From assembly GCA_965279375.1 (NCBI GenBank), contig OZ257156.1, positions 448,001 to 512,000 on the forward strand: 64,000 nucleotides of DNA, given 5' to 3'. Source of the DNA: Gemmatimonas sp. (GTDB lineage Bacteria; Gemmatimonadota; Gemmatimonadetes; Gemmatimonadales; Gemmatimonadaceae). Shown piece after piece: positions 10,121 through 18,378 of this stretch (positions are counted from its first letter, which is position 1; the number at the start of each line of letters is the position of its first letter). The position numbers were made by a program, and so were the translations under genes. The notes beneath the pieces are model-generated. The model worked only from the letters and a program-made list of their open reading frames with translations, was not told the origin of the DNA and searched no databases.

Positions 10121-11401
10121 ATGTCCCTTGCTTCGCAGCGCATCGATCGTGTGTTCGCGGCCATCGACGAGGCCACAAGCGAGATGGTGGACTTCACCGC
10201 CGAGATGGTCCGGATTCCTACGGTGAATCCTCCGGGCGAAGCGTACGAGGAATGTGCTCGCCTGATTGGCACACGGCTCGCCAAGTGCGACTTCGGCGTG
10301 GAGTACTTCGAGGCGCTGGGACGACCGGAGCACACCGCGACGCACCCGCGAGTCAACGTGGTCGGACTGCGGCGGGGGCAAACGGACCGGCCGCTCGTAC
10401 ACCTGAACGGGCACTTCGACGTTGTGCCTGCCGGCGCTGGCTGGACGCTCGACCCGTTCGCGGGCATCGTGCGCGACGGTCGCATCTACGGGCGCGGCAC
10501 GTGCGACATGAAAGCGGGGATCACCGCGGCCATTTACGCGGCTGAAGCCATTCGTCGCGCCGGCATCCCATTGGTGGGTTCGGTCGAAGTCAGCGGCACT
10601 GTGGACGAAGAGAGTGGCGGCTTTGCCGGCATGGCGTGGCTCGCACACCACGGACGTGTCAGCGCCGAGCGAACGGACGCGGTGATCATCACCGAGCCAA
10701 CCAACACGGATCGCATCTATATCGGGCATCGCGGCGTCTACTGGTTCGAGGTGACGACACGCGGCCGCATCGCGCATGGCAGCATGCCGTTTCTCGGCGT
10801 GAACGCGATCGAGCACATGGGCGTGATTCTCGACCTTGTACGCCGCGAGCTCAAGCCGATTCTGGCCGCGCGCACGACGGCCGTACCGGTCAAGCCCGAT
10901 GATGCACGACATGCCACGCTCAACATCAACGGCATCGAAGGCGGACAGCCGATCGATGGTATTCAGACGCCGTGCGTGGCAGATCTGTGTCGTGCGATTT
11001 TTGATCGACGTTTTCTCGTGGAAGAAGGGTTCGAGGCCACCCGCGCGGAGATCGTTTCATTGCTGGAGCAGGCCGCACGCGCCACACCGCATCTGTTGTA
11101 CGAATTGCGTGACCTGATGGTGGTGCATCCGGTACAGACGCCGCAGGGCGCCTCGGTGGTCTCGTCGCTCGAGCGATCGATTGCGCAGGTGATGGGTCGC
11201 CCCGCCACGATCGCGGCGAGTCCGGGCACGTACGACCACAAACACGTCGATCGCATCGCGGGCGTGCCGAACTGCGTCGCGTACGGTCCCGGCATCCTCG
11301 ATCTCGCGCACCAGCCCGACGAGTACTGCGACATCGCCGATCTCGTTCACTCCACGAAAGTGCTCGCCCTGAGCATCCTCGAGCTCACGGCCTCACTCTA
11401 G
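10121..11401 (+). CDS. ArgE/DapE-family (M20) deacylase
   Basis: NGHFDVVP, GRGTCDMKAG, DEESGG, TEP, AHQPDE. Confidence 0.92.
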   Translation: MSLASQRIDRVFAAIDEATSEMVDFTAEMVRIPTVNPPGEAYEECARLIGTRLAKCDFGVEYFEALGRPEHTATHPRVNVVGLRRGQTDRPLVHLNGHFDVVPAGAGWTLDPFAGIVRDGRIYGRGTCDMKAGITAAIYAAEAIRRAGIPLVGSVEVSGTVDEESGGFAGMAWLAHHGRVSAERTDAVIITEPTNTDRIYIGHRGVYWFEVTTRGRIAHGSMPFLGVNAIEHMGVILDLVRRELKPILAARTTAVPVKPDDARHATLNINGIEGGQPIDGIQTPCVADLCRAIFDRRFLVEEGFEATRAEIVSLLEQAARATPHLLYELRDLMVVHPVQTPQGASVVSSLERSIAQVMGRPATIAASPGTYDHKHVDRIAGVPNCVAYGPGILDLAHQPDEYCDIADLVHSTKVLALSILELTASL

Positions 11402-11442
11402 GCTTGCTCTGTCTCGGCTTCGTCGCGTCGGACGGGGAAGTA

Positions 11443-11470
11443 TTGACTCTCCGGCCGGTGCCGGTAACGT
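11443..11470 (+). promoter_or_regulatory. Putative sigma70 promoter of the first SusC/SusD operon
   Basis: TTGACT-N16-TAACGT in the intergenic region; GAGGAG RBS at 11576-11581. Confidence 0.45.
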
Positions 11471-11588
11471 AGCGCACACATAATGATCGGTCCGCGGCGA
11501 ACTCCTACCCTTCGCCGACATTGTGCGGTATCCCGAACGATCCGGTTCCCTGCGAGCGCAGCCTGTCGTCCAGATGAGGAGCGATTCG

Positions 11589-14564
11589 ATGAAACGTGGC
11601 TCTCGATGGTCCGCTGTTGTACGTCGAGTTTTGTGCGCGCAGTTGATGGTGCGGTCCGCGTTTGCCTGTGCGGGTGCCGCACTGGTCGCTGCACCACTCG
11701 AAGCGCAAAGTGTCGGCACCGTCGTCGGTCGCGTGACCGATGAACGCAGCGGCGTTCCGCTGCCGAACGCCCAGGTGTACGCGGACAACAACGTGCAGCG
11801 TGTGGTGCGCACGGACAACGAGGGGCGCTACCGCCTCGTCGAATTGCCGCCGGGAGCGCGTACGATCACCATCCGCATGATCGGCTACAGCAACAAGAGC
11901 GCGACCGTCACGGTCGGCGCAGCGCAAACGGCTACGCTCAACATCGCGCTCGCGGTACAGCCGCTCGATCTCGATGCGGTCGTCGTCACGGGACAAGGTG
12001 GTGAGATCTCCAAGCGACGCATTGCCACCACCGTGGACGTGGTCGGGCGCGAAAAGATCGAAGCCTCGCCAGCCAAGCGACTCGATGAGTTGCTGCAGAC
12101 CAACCTGCCCAGCGCGCAGATTCGTCTTACGTCGGGACAGCCCGGCACAACGTCGATCATGCGCACGCGCGGCGTGACCTCGGTCAGCAACAACTCGACA
12201 CCCGTCATCTACGTGGATGGCGTGCGCATGGACAACCTCAACACCGTCGCTGCGCTTGGCCTGAACGTGTCCGGCGTCCGGTCGCAGGGTGCCGCAACAA
12301 GTGCCATTGCCGACCTGCCGATCGACAACATCGATCGCATCGAGTTCATCCCCGGCGGCGCGGCCACGACGCTCTACGGATCCGATGCCGCCAACGGCGT
12401 GATCCAGATCTTCACCAAGCGCGGCACGAGCGGCGGGACCAAGGGCTTCGCCGAGATGCGCAGTGGATTCGATACGCCGCAGACGCAGTTCCACTACTTC
12501 AAGCGCACGCGCGATCTGATCTACCAGAACGGATTCACGCAGCAATACTCGGCCGGAATCGAAGGTGGCAACAACGCGGTGACGTACAGTCTCTCCGGCA
12601 ACGTGCGAGCGAGCGACAGTCATCGCGTGTACGGTGCCAATCGCGCCTTCGGCTTCCGGAATGCGCTCGGCGCGAACGTCGGCAGCAAGGGGAAGTATCA
12701 GGGCTCCTTCTCCTACAACGAGACCGACGCTCCGCGCTTCCGCAACGGCAACGCCGGCGGCTACACGTCGCTGTGGGTGCTCGAGGACGGACGATCTTCA
12801 GCGTTCGGCTTCAACAACAACATCGATGAACTGACCGGCGTCGGGCTGGACAGCCTGAAGAAGTTCGTCAACGACGCTGAGCGACTGCAAAACAACCGCG
12901 TGTTCACGCGTTCGTTCCAGACGTCGCATCGTCTCGATTACGATCCACTGCCGTCGGTCAAGACACACATGACCTTCGGTCTCAACAACCGCTTCAGTCG
13001 AGAAAAGGGCGTCGTCACCAACGAGTATCTGATTGCCACGCGCTCGTTCCCGGCTGGAACGACTGACCGTGGCTCCATTTCGAACTTCGAGCGCAGCTAC
13101 ACCGGCTTCACGGTCGATGTCGGCGGCCAGCACAGCGCGGCCATCGGTTCGAGCCTGTCGATCATCTCATCGCTGGGCGCGCAGCTTTTCCGCAATGATG
13201 ACGTGCAAGTGGCCTACACGGCCACGAACGTGCGCGACGGCGCGTTGACGGTCACCGGCGCCGGCGTCACGCAGTCGCAGGATCTCGCCTTCCGCGTGGC
13301 CAACTACGGCCTGTTTGGCCAGACGAACATCAGCTGGCGCGAACGCTACACCATGGAACTCGGTGTACGCGCCGACAAGAACACCGCGTTCGGCGCGAAC
13401 ACCGGCGCCCAGGTGTACCCGAAGGTGGGGCTCGTGTGGGCGCTCGGCTCGGAGGAGTGGCTGCGCAAGCTCATCTCGGTCGAAACGCTGAACGACATTC
13501 GCCTGCGCGCCGCGTATGGCGTCGCCGGGCAGTTCCCGCAGCCATTCGCCAACGACCGCACCATCGCCATCAACTCGTTCAACGGTCAGCAAGCGGCCAC
13601 TTTCGGTCAGCCGGGTAACGTGAACCTGAAGCCGGAGCGCACCGGAACGCTGGAACTCGGTGCCGACCTCGCGTTGCTCCAGAACAAGATCACCTTCGGT
13701 GCGGGCTGGTACACGTCGAACACGACCGACGCGCTCATCAATGCGCCGCCGGCTCCATCCACGGGTGAAGTCAGTCAGGTCACGAACGTCGGCGAGATCG
13801 CGAACAATGGGTTTGAGCTGCGTGCGACCGCCACGCCGGTGTCGAACAAGAGCTGGCGCCTCACGCTCAACGGCTCGTTCAACACGCTCAACAACAAGGT
13901 CGTGAACCTGCGCGGCACTCCGCCCTTCGGCATCAGTGGCTTCGGTGCGAGCACGGTGCAGGGCATGGTGCAGGAAGGCTACCCGGTCGGATTCCTCCGT
14001 GGCGCGAAGGCCATCTTCGGCGCAGACGGAAAGGTCGTCGAGATCCAACAGTTGCAGTATCTCGGCAAGCCGACGCCCGACAAGTTTGGCAGCTTCGGCG
14101 CGCAGATCGGCATCGGCTCGCGCATCACGCTGAGCACCAACGCCGACTATCAGTTCGGTGCGCAGGCGCAGTCGTTCGACAAGGCGTTCCGCTACCTGAA
14201 CGGCGTGAAGGGGACGGAGAACTACGTCCCACCTGCCGCGCTGGCGCAGGCGCCGTACAACGGCAACCGCGCCAACATCTGGCAGCAGACGATGAACCTG
14301 TGGGTGGAGAACACCGACTACGTCGCGCTGCGCACGCTGTCCATCGACTACCGCGTGCCGAGCAAGCTGCTTCCGGCCGGCGCCAAGGACGCTCGCGCGT
14401 CTTTCACCGTCGTGAATCCTTGGCGGTGGGCCTCGTCGAGCTTCGATCCGGAGACCGACCTCTCGTCGGCCGGCACGCAGGGCGCTGCAGCGGTGGGCGG
14501 CTTCAACTATGCCACCGATGGAAACCCGCGCAGCTTTCTCCTCACTCTCCGGTTCGGGTTCTGA
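11589..14564 (+). CDS. SusC/RagA-family TonB-dependent outer-membrane transporter
   Basis: N-terminal carboxypeptidase-regulatory-like domain, LDAVVVTG TonB-box-like segment, plug signature IDRIEFIPGGAATTLYGSDAANGVIQIFTKRG, NLKPER, C-terminal Phe. Confidence 0.93.
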   Translation: MKRGSRWSAVVRRVLCAQLMVRSAFACAGAALVAAPLEAQSVGTVVGRVTDERSGVPLPNAQVYADNNVQRVVRTDNEGRYRLVELPPGARTITIRMIGYSNKSATVTVGAAQTATLNIALAVQPLDLDAVVVTGQGGEISKRRIATTVDVVGREKIEASPAKRLDELLQTNLPSAQIRLTSGQPGTTSIMRTRGVTSVSNNSTPVIYVDGVRMDNLNTVAALGLNVSGVRSQGAATSAIADLPIDNIDRIEFIPGGAATTLYGSDAANGVIQIFTKRGTSGGTKGFAEMRSGFDTPQTQFHYFKRTRDLIYQNGFTQQYSAGIEGGNNAVTYSLSGNVRASDSHRVYGANRAFGFRNALGANVGSKGKYQGSFSYNETDAPRFRNGNAGGYTSLWVLEDGRSSAFGFNNNIDELTGVGLDSLKKFVNDAERLQNNRVFTRSFQTSHRLDYDPLPSVKTHMTFGLNNRFSREKGVVTNEYLIATRSFPAGTTDRGSISNFERSYTGFTVDVGGQHSAAIGSSLSIISSLGAQLFRNDDVQVAYTATNVRDGALTVTGAGVTQSQDLAFRVANYGLFGQTNISWRERYTMELGVRADKNTAFGANTGAQVYPKVGLVWALGSEEWLRKLISVETLNDIRLRAAYGVAGQFPQPFANDRTIAINSFNGQQAATFGQPGNVNLKPERTGTLELGADLALLQNKITFGAGWYTSNTTDALINAPPAPSTGEVSQVTNVGEIANNGFELRATATPVSNKSWRLTLNGSFNTLNNKVVNLRGTPPFGISGFGASTVQGMVQEGYPVGFLRGAKAIFGADGKVVEIQQLQYLGKPTPDKFGSFGAQIGIGSRITLSTNADYQFGAQAQSFDKAFRYLNGVKGTENYVPPAALAQAPYNGNRANIWQQTMNLWVENTDYVALRTLSIDYRVPSKLLPAGAKDARASFTVVNPWRWASSSFDPETDLSSAGTQGAAAVGGFNYATDGNPRSFLLTLRFGF

Positions 14565-14566
14565 TC

Positions 14567-16021
14567 ATGCGCACACCGATCCCGCTGCGGGCCTCGCGCC
14601 TGCTTCTGCCGTCTATGGCGCTGCTCGCCGTCAGCGCGTGCGAGTCCTTTAAACCCACCGAAGTTCGCAATCCGAATCTCACCGACGAACAGTTTCTCGG
14701 CACACCGGGTGCAGGCGCGTCGTGGCTCCGCGGCACACAGCGGCAGTTCCTGCTGACGCTCAACACCGTGGTACAGAACAGCGAACTCACTTCGGACAAC
14801 TACTACAACAACTACACGACCAACAACCAGCAGATCGACGGGCTGGTGATCACCTACATCGACCCCGACGTCACCGCCATCCAGAACTCGATCGCGCGCT
14901 TGCGCTATCTGGCCACATTTGGACTGGACAGCGTGTTCCCTCGTGATCCGCAGGTGACCGCCAACGACAAGGCCGAGTTGTACTTCAACCGCGGCATGGC
15001 GAACATGTTTGCCGGCGAGATGTTTGTCGGGTTGCCGGCCACGGCGAACGCGGATGTGGCCGCATGGCAGACGCATCTGCAGAACGCGATCAGCGATTTC
15101 ACGCAGGCCCGCAGTCTCTCCACAGACGCCGTCGCTCGGAACAGCTACACACTCGCGCTGGCGCGGGCCTACCATCGCCTCGGCGACAAGGCGAAGGCTG
15201 TGCAGGAAGCGCAAGCGCTGCTCGCTGCGAACGCGACGTTCATTCGCAACGCGGTGTTCGATCCGACCAACGGACCTGCAAACGCAATGCAGGGTGTGCT
15301 CACCAGCTCGGTGAACAACTTCCAACCTCTGCCGCGACTCGACTTTCTCGACCCGAAGTATCCGAATCGGAATGCGACAACGCAGAGCCCGATGGCGTAT
15401 CTCAAGGCCGAAGAAGCGCATCTGATCATTGCGGAGGGGCTGCTGTCGGACAACAGCCTCGTGGCCGCGAAGGATCGACTCAAGCTGCTACTGACGCTCG
15501 TGAACTCGCGCCCCACTGAGCAGATCGACAGTCGATTGCAACTCCGTGGTCGCGCGGGCGGAAAGATCGTGTACCCCAACACGGCCGACACCAAGGTCGC
15601 CTTCGCTGCCGGCGAACCGCTGCTCGACGGCTTCGTGCTGACGCGCTCGGCAACGACGGTGCGGGCGTACACCGTCTCGGGAACCTCCGTCACGAACGCG
15701 CGTATCGATGCTATCTCGACGATCGACGATGGCCTGTATGTGCTGTACCTGATGCGCCAGGAAATCTTCATGGCGGAAGGTCGCCGCATGGCCGACCTGG
15801 GGATTCGCATGCCGGTCGCGCAAACGGAGATCATCGCCAATCCCAAGACGAAGGACGGCGAGCCGTATACCCAATCGCAGATTCCGGCGTTCATCCCCAA
15901 GAATCTCGACATGGACTCGTTTACGTACGACGCGACGGCGAAGACGGCGATCATGAAGGTCGACGTGAATCGGGTGCTCGTGCAGAACAAGACGTCGCCC
16001 CTTGTGCTCCCTTTCAACTGA
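14567..16021 (+). CDS. SusD/RagB-like surface lipoprotein
   Basis: Lipobox VSAC, 2 bp after SusC, LALARAY TPR-like helices, RQEIFMAEGRRMADL motif. Confidence 0.85.
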   Translation: MRTPIPLRASRLLLPSMALLAVSACESFKPTEVRNPNLTDEQFLGTPGAGASWLRGTQRQFLLTLNTVVQNSELTSDNYYNNYTTNNQQIDGLVITYIDPDVTAIQNSIARLRYLATFGLDSVFPRDPQVTANDKAELYFNRGMANMFAGEMFVGLPATANADVAAWQTHLQNAISDFTQARSLSTDAVARNSYTLALARAYHRLGDKAKAVQEAQALLAANATFIRNAVFDPTNGPANAMQGVLTSSVNNFQPLPRLDFLDPKYPNRNATTQSPMAYLKAEEAHLIIAEGLLSDNSLVAAKDRLKLLLTLVNSRPTEQIDSRLQLRGRAGGKIVYPNTADTKVAFAAGEPLLDGFVLTRSATTVRAYTVSGTSVTNARIDAISTIDDGLYVLYLMRQEIFMAEGRRMADLGIRMPVAQTEIIANPKTKDGEPYTQSQIPAFIPKNLDMDSFTYDATAKTAIMKVDVNRVLVQNKTSPLVLPFN

Positions 16022-16022
16022 G

Positions 16023-17198
16023 ATGCGAGACGTGAAGAAGGCTTCGCTGTTTACCTGCGTCACGCGCGCGCTGCCGGCATCGCTGTTGCCGGCAGCGCTG
16101 TTGCCGGCAGCGCTGTTCGCGCAGAATCCTCCCGCACGTCCGGCCGGCGCGCCGACGGCGCCGGCGCGCATCACGGTCGTCGGTCCCGGTCCGTCCAACT
16201 CCATCACCGACGTTCCGGGACTCAAGGTCGGACAGTACCAGCGCTCCGATGGCGGCTACCGATCGGGCACAACGGTCATTCGCACGGAGAAGGGTGCAAC
16301 GGCCGGTTATGCACAGATGGGTGGCGCACCGGGCACCAAGGAAACGGATCTGCTCAAGCCGGGCGGCCAGGTACGCGCCGTGCAGGCCATCATGCTGAGC
16401 GGTGGTAGCGCATTCGGGCTTGATGCGGCAACGGGTGTGATGAAGTGGATGGAAGAACACGGTTTTGGCGTACCGGTGGGCGGAGGTGTGGTGCCCATCG
16501 TGCCGGCGGCGATCCTCTTCGATCTGGGACGTGGCGGCGATTTCAAGAAGCGCCCCGATGCTGACTTCGGCTACAAGGCAACAGAAGCCGCGACCAGCGA
16601 CCCGGTGAAGAGTGGGCGCACGGGCATGGGCACGGGCGCCGGCTGGGGTATGGGTACGGCGAGCGTGAAGCTCTCCAACGGCTACACGGTCGCCGCGATC
16701 GTGGGACTCAATCCCGCCGGCTCACCACTCGACACACGGACGTGCCTTCCCTTGGCGCTGTACCTCGAACTGGGCAACGAGTTTAACCTCGTGCAGCCGA
16801 AGGCCGAGGAGTGTCAGGCAGCGGCGGCGGGCCGTGGTGGGCCCGGCGATGGCTCGGACAACGCGGCACGCAACACCACCATCGCGCTCGTCGCCACCGA
16901 CGCGCCGCTGGAAGATCTCGAAGCCGAGCGCATGGCCGTGATCGCCAACGCAGGCCTCGCGCGTTCGATTCGCCCGATTCACGGCATCGGTGATGGCGAC
17001 ACGGTGTTTGGAATGGCGACCACGCCGCCGACGCGCGCGATGACCAATCCGGAACTCACAGCGATCTTCAATGCGGCCGCCGATGCACTCGGTCGCGCGG
17101 TAGTACACGCCGTGATTTCGTCCAAGCAACTGGGCAACAGTCGTGTGGGCTACTGCGATCAGTATCCCAGCGCCTGCGTGAAGCGCGCCGGCAAGTAA
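16023..17198 (+). CDS. Secreted P1-family (DmpA/ArgJ fold) peptidase/amidase, N|T-type autocleavage site
   Basis: NSITDVPGLKVG, GGAPGTKET, LSGGSAFGL, VPIVPAAILFDL, RNTTIALVATDA, GDGDTVF; signal peptide. Confidence 0.88.
   Translation: MRDVKKASLFTCVTRALPASLLPAALLPAALFAQNPPARPAGAPTAPARITVVGPGPSNSITDVPGLKVGQYQRSDGGYRSGTTVIRTEKGATAGYAQMGGAPGTKETDLLKPGGQVRAVQAIMLSGGSAFGLDAATGVMKWMEEHGFGVPVGGGVVPIVPAAILFDLGRGGDFKKRPDADFGYKATEAATSDPVKSGRTGMGTGAGWGMGTASVKLSNGYTVAAIVGLNPAGSPLDTRTCLPLALYLELGNEFNLVQPKAEECQAAAAGRGGPGDGSDNAARNTTIALVATDAPLEDLEAERMAVIANAGLARSIRPIHGIGDGDTVFGMATTPPTRAMTNPELTAIFNAAADALGRAVVHAVISSKQLGNSRVGYCDQYPSACVKRAGK
16072..16117. repeat. 15-bp in-frame tandem repeat (about 3 copies) in the signal peptide of the P1 peptidase
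   Basis: tgccggcatcgctgt/tgccggcagcgctgt/tgccggcagcgctgt encoding LPASL-LPAAL-LPAAL. Confidence 0.85.
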
Positions 17199-17206
17199 CG
17201 CTGTCG

Positions 17207-18268
17207 ATGAAACGCAAGCTCAAGTACGCGGCGAGTGCGCTCGTCACAGCATCACTGCTCTCCGCTGCAGCGATACCCGCAGCCAAGACCCTCGACATCT
17301 ACTTCATCGATGTCGAGGGCGGGCAGTCGACGCTGATCGTCACGCCGTCGGGCGAGTCGCTGCTCATCGACGCAGGATTCCCGGGCGATGGCACGTTCAA
17401 CTCCAAGCCGGGCGATCCCGCCGTCGCGCGTGACGCACAGCGCGTAGCCAAGGCGGCGAAGGACGCTGGACTCAAGCAGATCGATCACCTGATGCTCACG
17501 CACTTTCACGCCGATCACTTCGGTGGCGTGATGGAGCTGGCGCAGCTGTTCCCCATCAAGGAGTTCATCGATCATCAGGCGCCGAGCGTTGCCGCGGATT
17601 CTGCGGTGCCGGGTACGATGGCGCTGTACAACGCCTATGCCGCGCTCCGCGCGAAAGGCAAGCATGTGCAGCCCAAGCCTGGCGACCACCTCAAGCTCAA
17701 GGACGCGGAGGTCACCTTTCTCGCCAGCGACGGCAAAGTGCTGACGTCTCCGCTCAAGGGCGCTGGTCAGCCTAACGCAGCGTGTACGACCGGTGGCGTG
17801 CCCGCGCAGGAGAAGCTGGAGAACCCTCTCTCCACGGCGATTCGCCTGCAGTTCGGTGACTTCCGCTTTCTCGACGTGGGTGACCTGAGTGGCGCGCCGC
17901 TGTACGCGCTGACCTGCCCCGTCAATCTCATCGGCGAGTCGGAGCTGTATCTCATCGCGCACCACGGTGGCGCCGATGGATCGGATCCGTCGCTCTTTGC
18001 CGCGGTGAAGCCGCTCGTCGCGATCTTCAACAACGGTACGCGCAAAGGCGCGCAGGCGAGCACACTGGCGACCGTGCGCTCGATGGCGACACTGGACGGA
18101 TGGCAGCTGCACCGCACGCTCAACAACGGCGCAGAGAACGGGCCGGACGATCGCATCGCCAACCTCGATGAATCCACCAGTCACTGGATCAAGGTATCGG
18201 CCAAGCGCGACGGCTCATTCACCGTCACCAACGCGCGCACCGGGTACTCCAAGTCGTACAAGCGCTGA
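17207..18268 (+). CDS. Secreted ComEC/Rec2-like MBL-fold metallo-hydrolase
   Basis: IYFIDVEGGQSTLI, THFHADHFGG, VGDL, AHHG; signal peptide. Confidence 0.87.
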   Translation: MKRKLKYAASALVTASLLSAAAIPAAKTLDIYFIDVEGGQSTLIVTPSGESLLIDAGFPGDGTFNSKPGDPAVARDAQRVAKAAKDAGLKQIDHLMLTHFHADHFGGVMELAQLFPIKEFIDHQAPSVAADSAVPGTMALYNAYAALRAKGKHVQPKPGDHLKLKDAEVTFLASDGKVLTSPLKGAGQPNAACTTGGVPAQEKLENPLSTAIRLQFGDFRFLDVGDLSGAPLYALTCPVNLIGESELYLIAHHGGADGSDPSLFAAVKPLVAIFNNGTRKGAQASTLATVRSMATLDGWQLHRTLNNGAENGPDDRIANLDESTSHWIKVSAKRDGSFTVTNARTGYSKSYKR

Positions 18269-18287
18269 ACGACGTCGCGTTGAACGC

Positions 18288-18330
18288 AAGAACCCCCGAT
18301 TCGGACGAAGCCGAATCGGGGGTTTTTCTT
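18288..18330 (+). terminator. Intrinsic terminator of the SusCD operon, possibly bidirectional
   Basis: Perfect 14-bp stem AACCCCCGATTCGG/CCGAATCGGGGGTT with a 6-nt loop and T-rich tail. A second hairpin GGCGATCGA..TCGATCGCC follows at 18341-18371. Confidence 0.88.
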
Positions 18331-18378
18331 GTGCTGCGATGGCGATCGACACGATGACCGTATCGATCGCCCTCGTGC

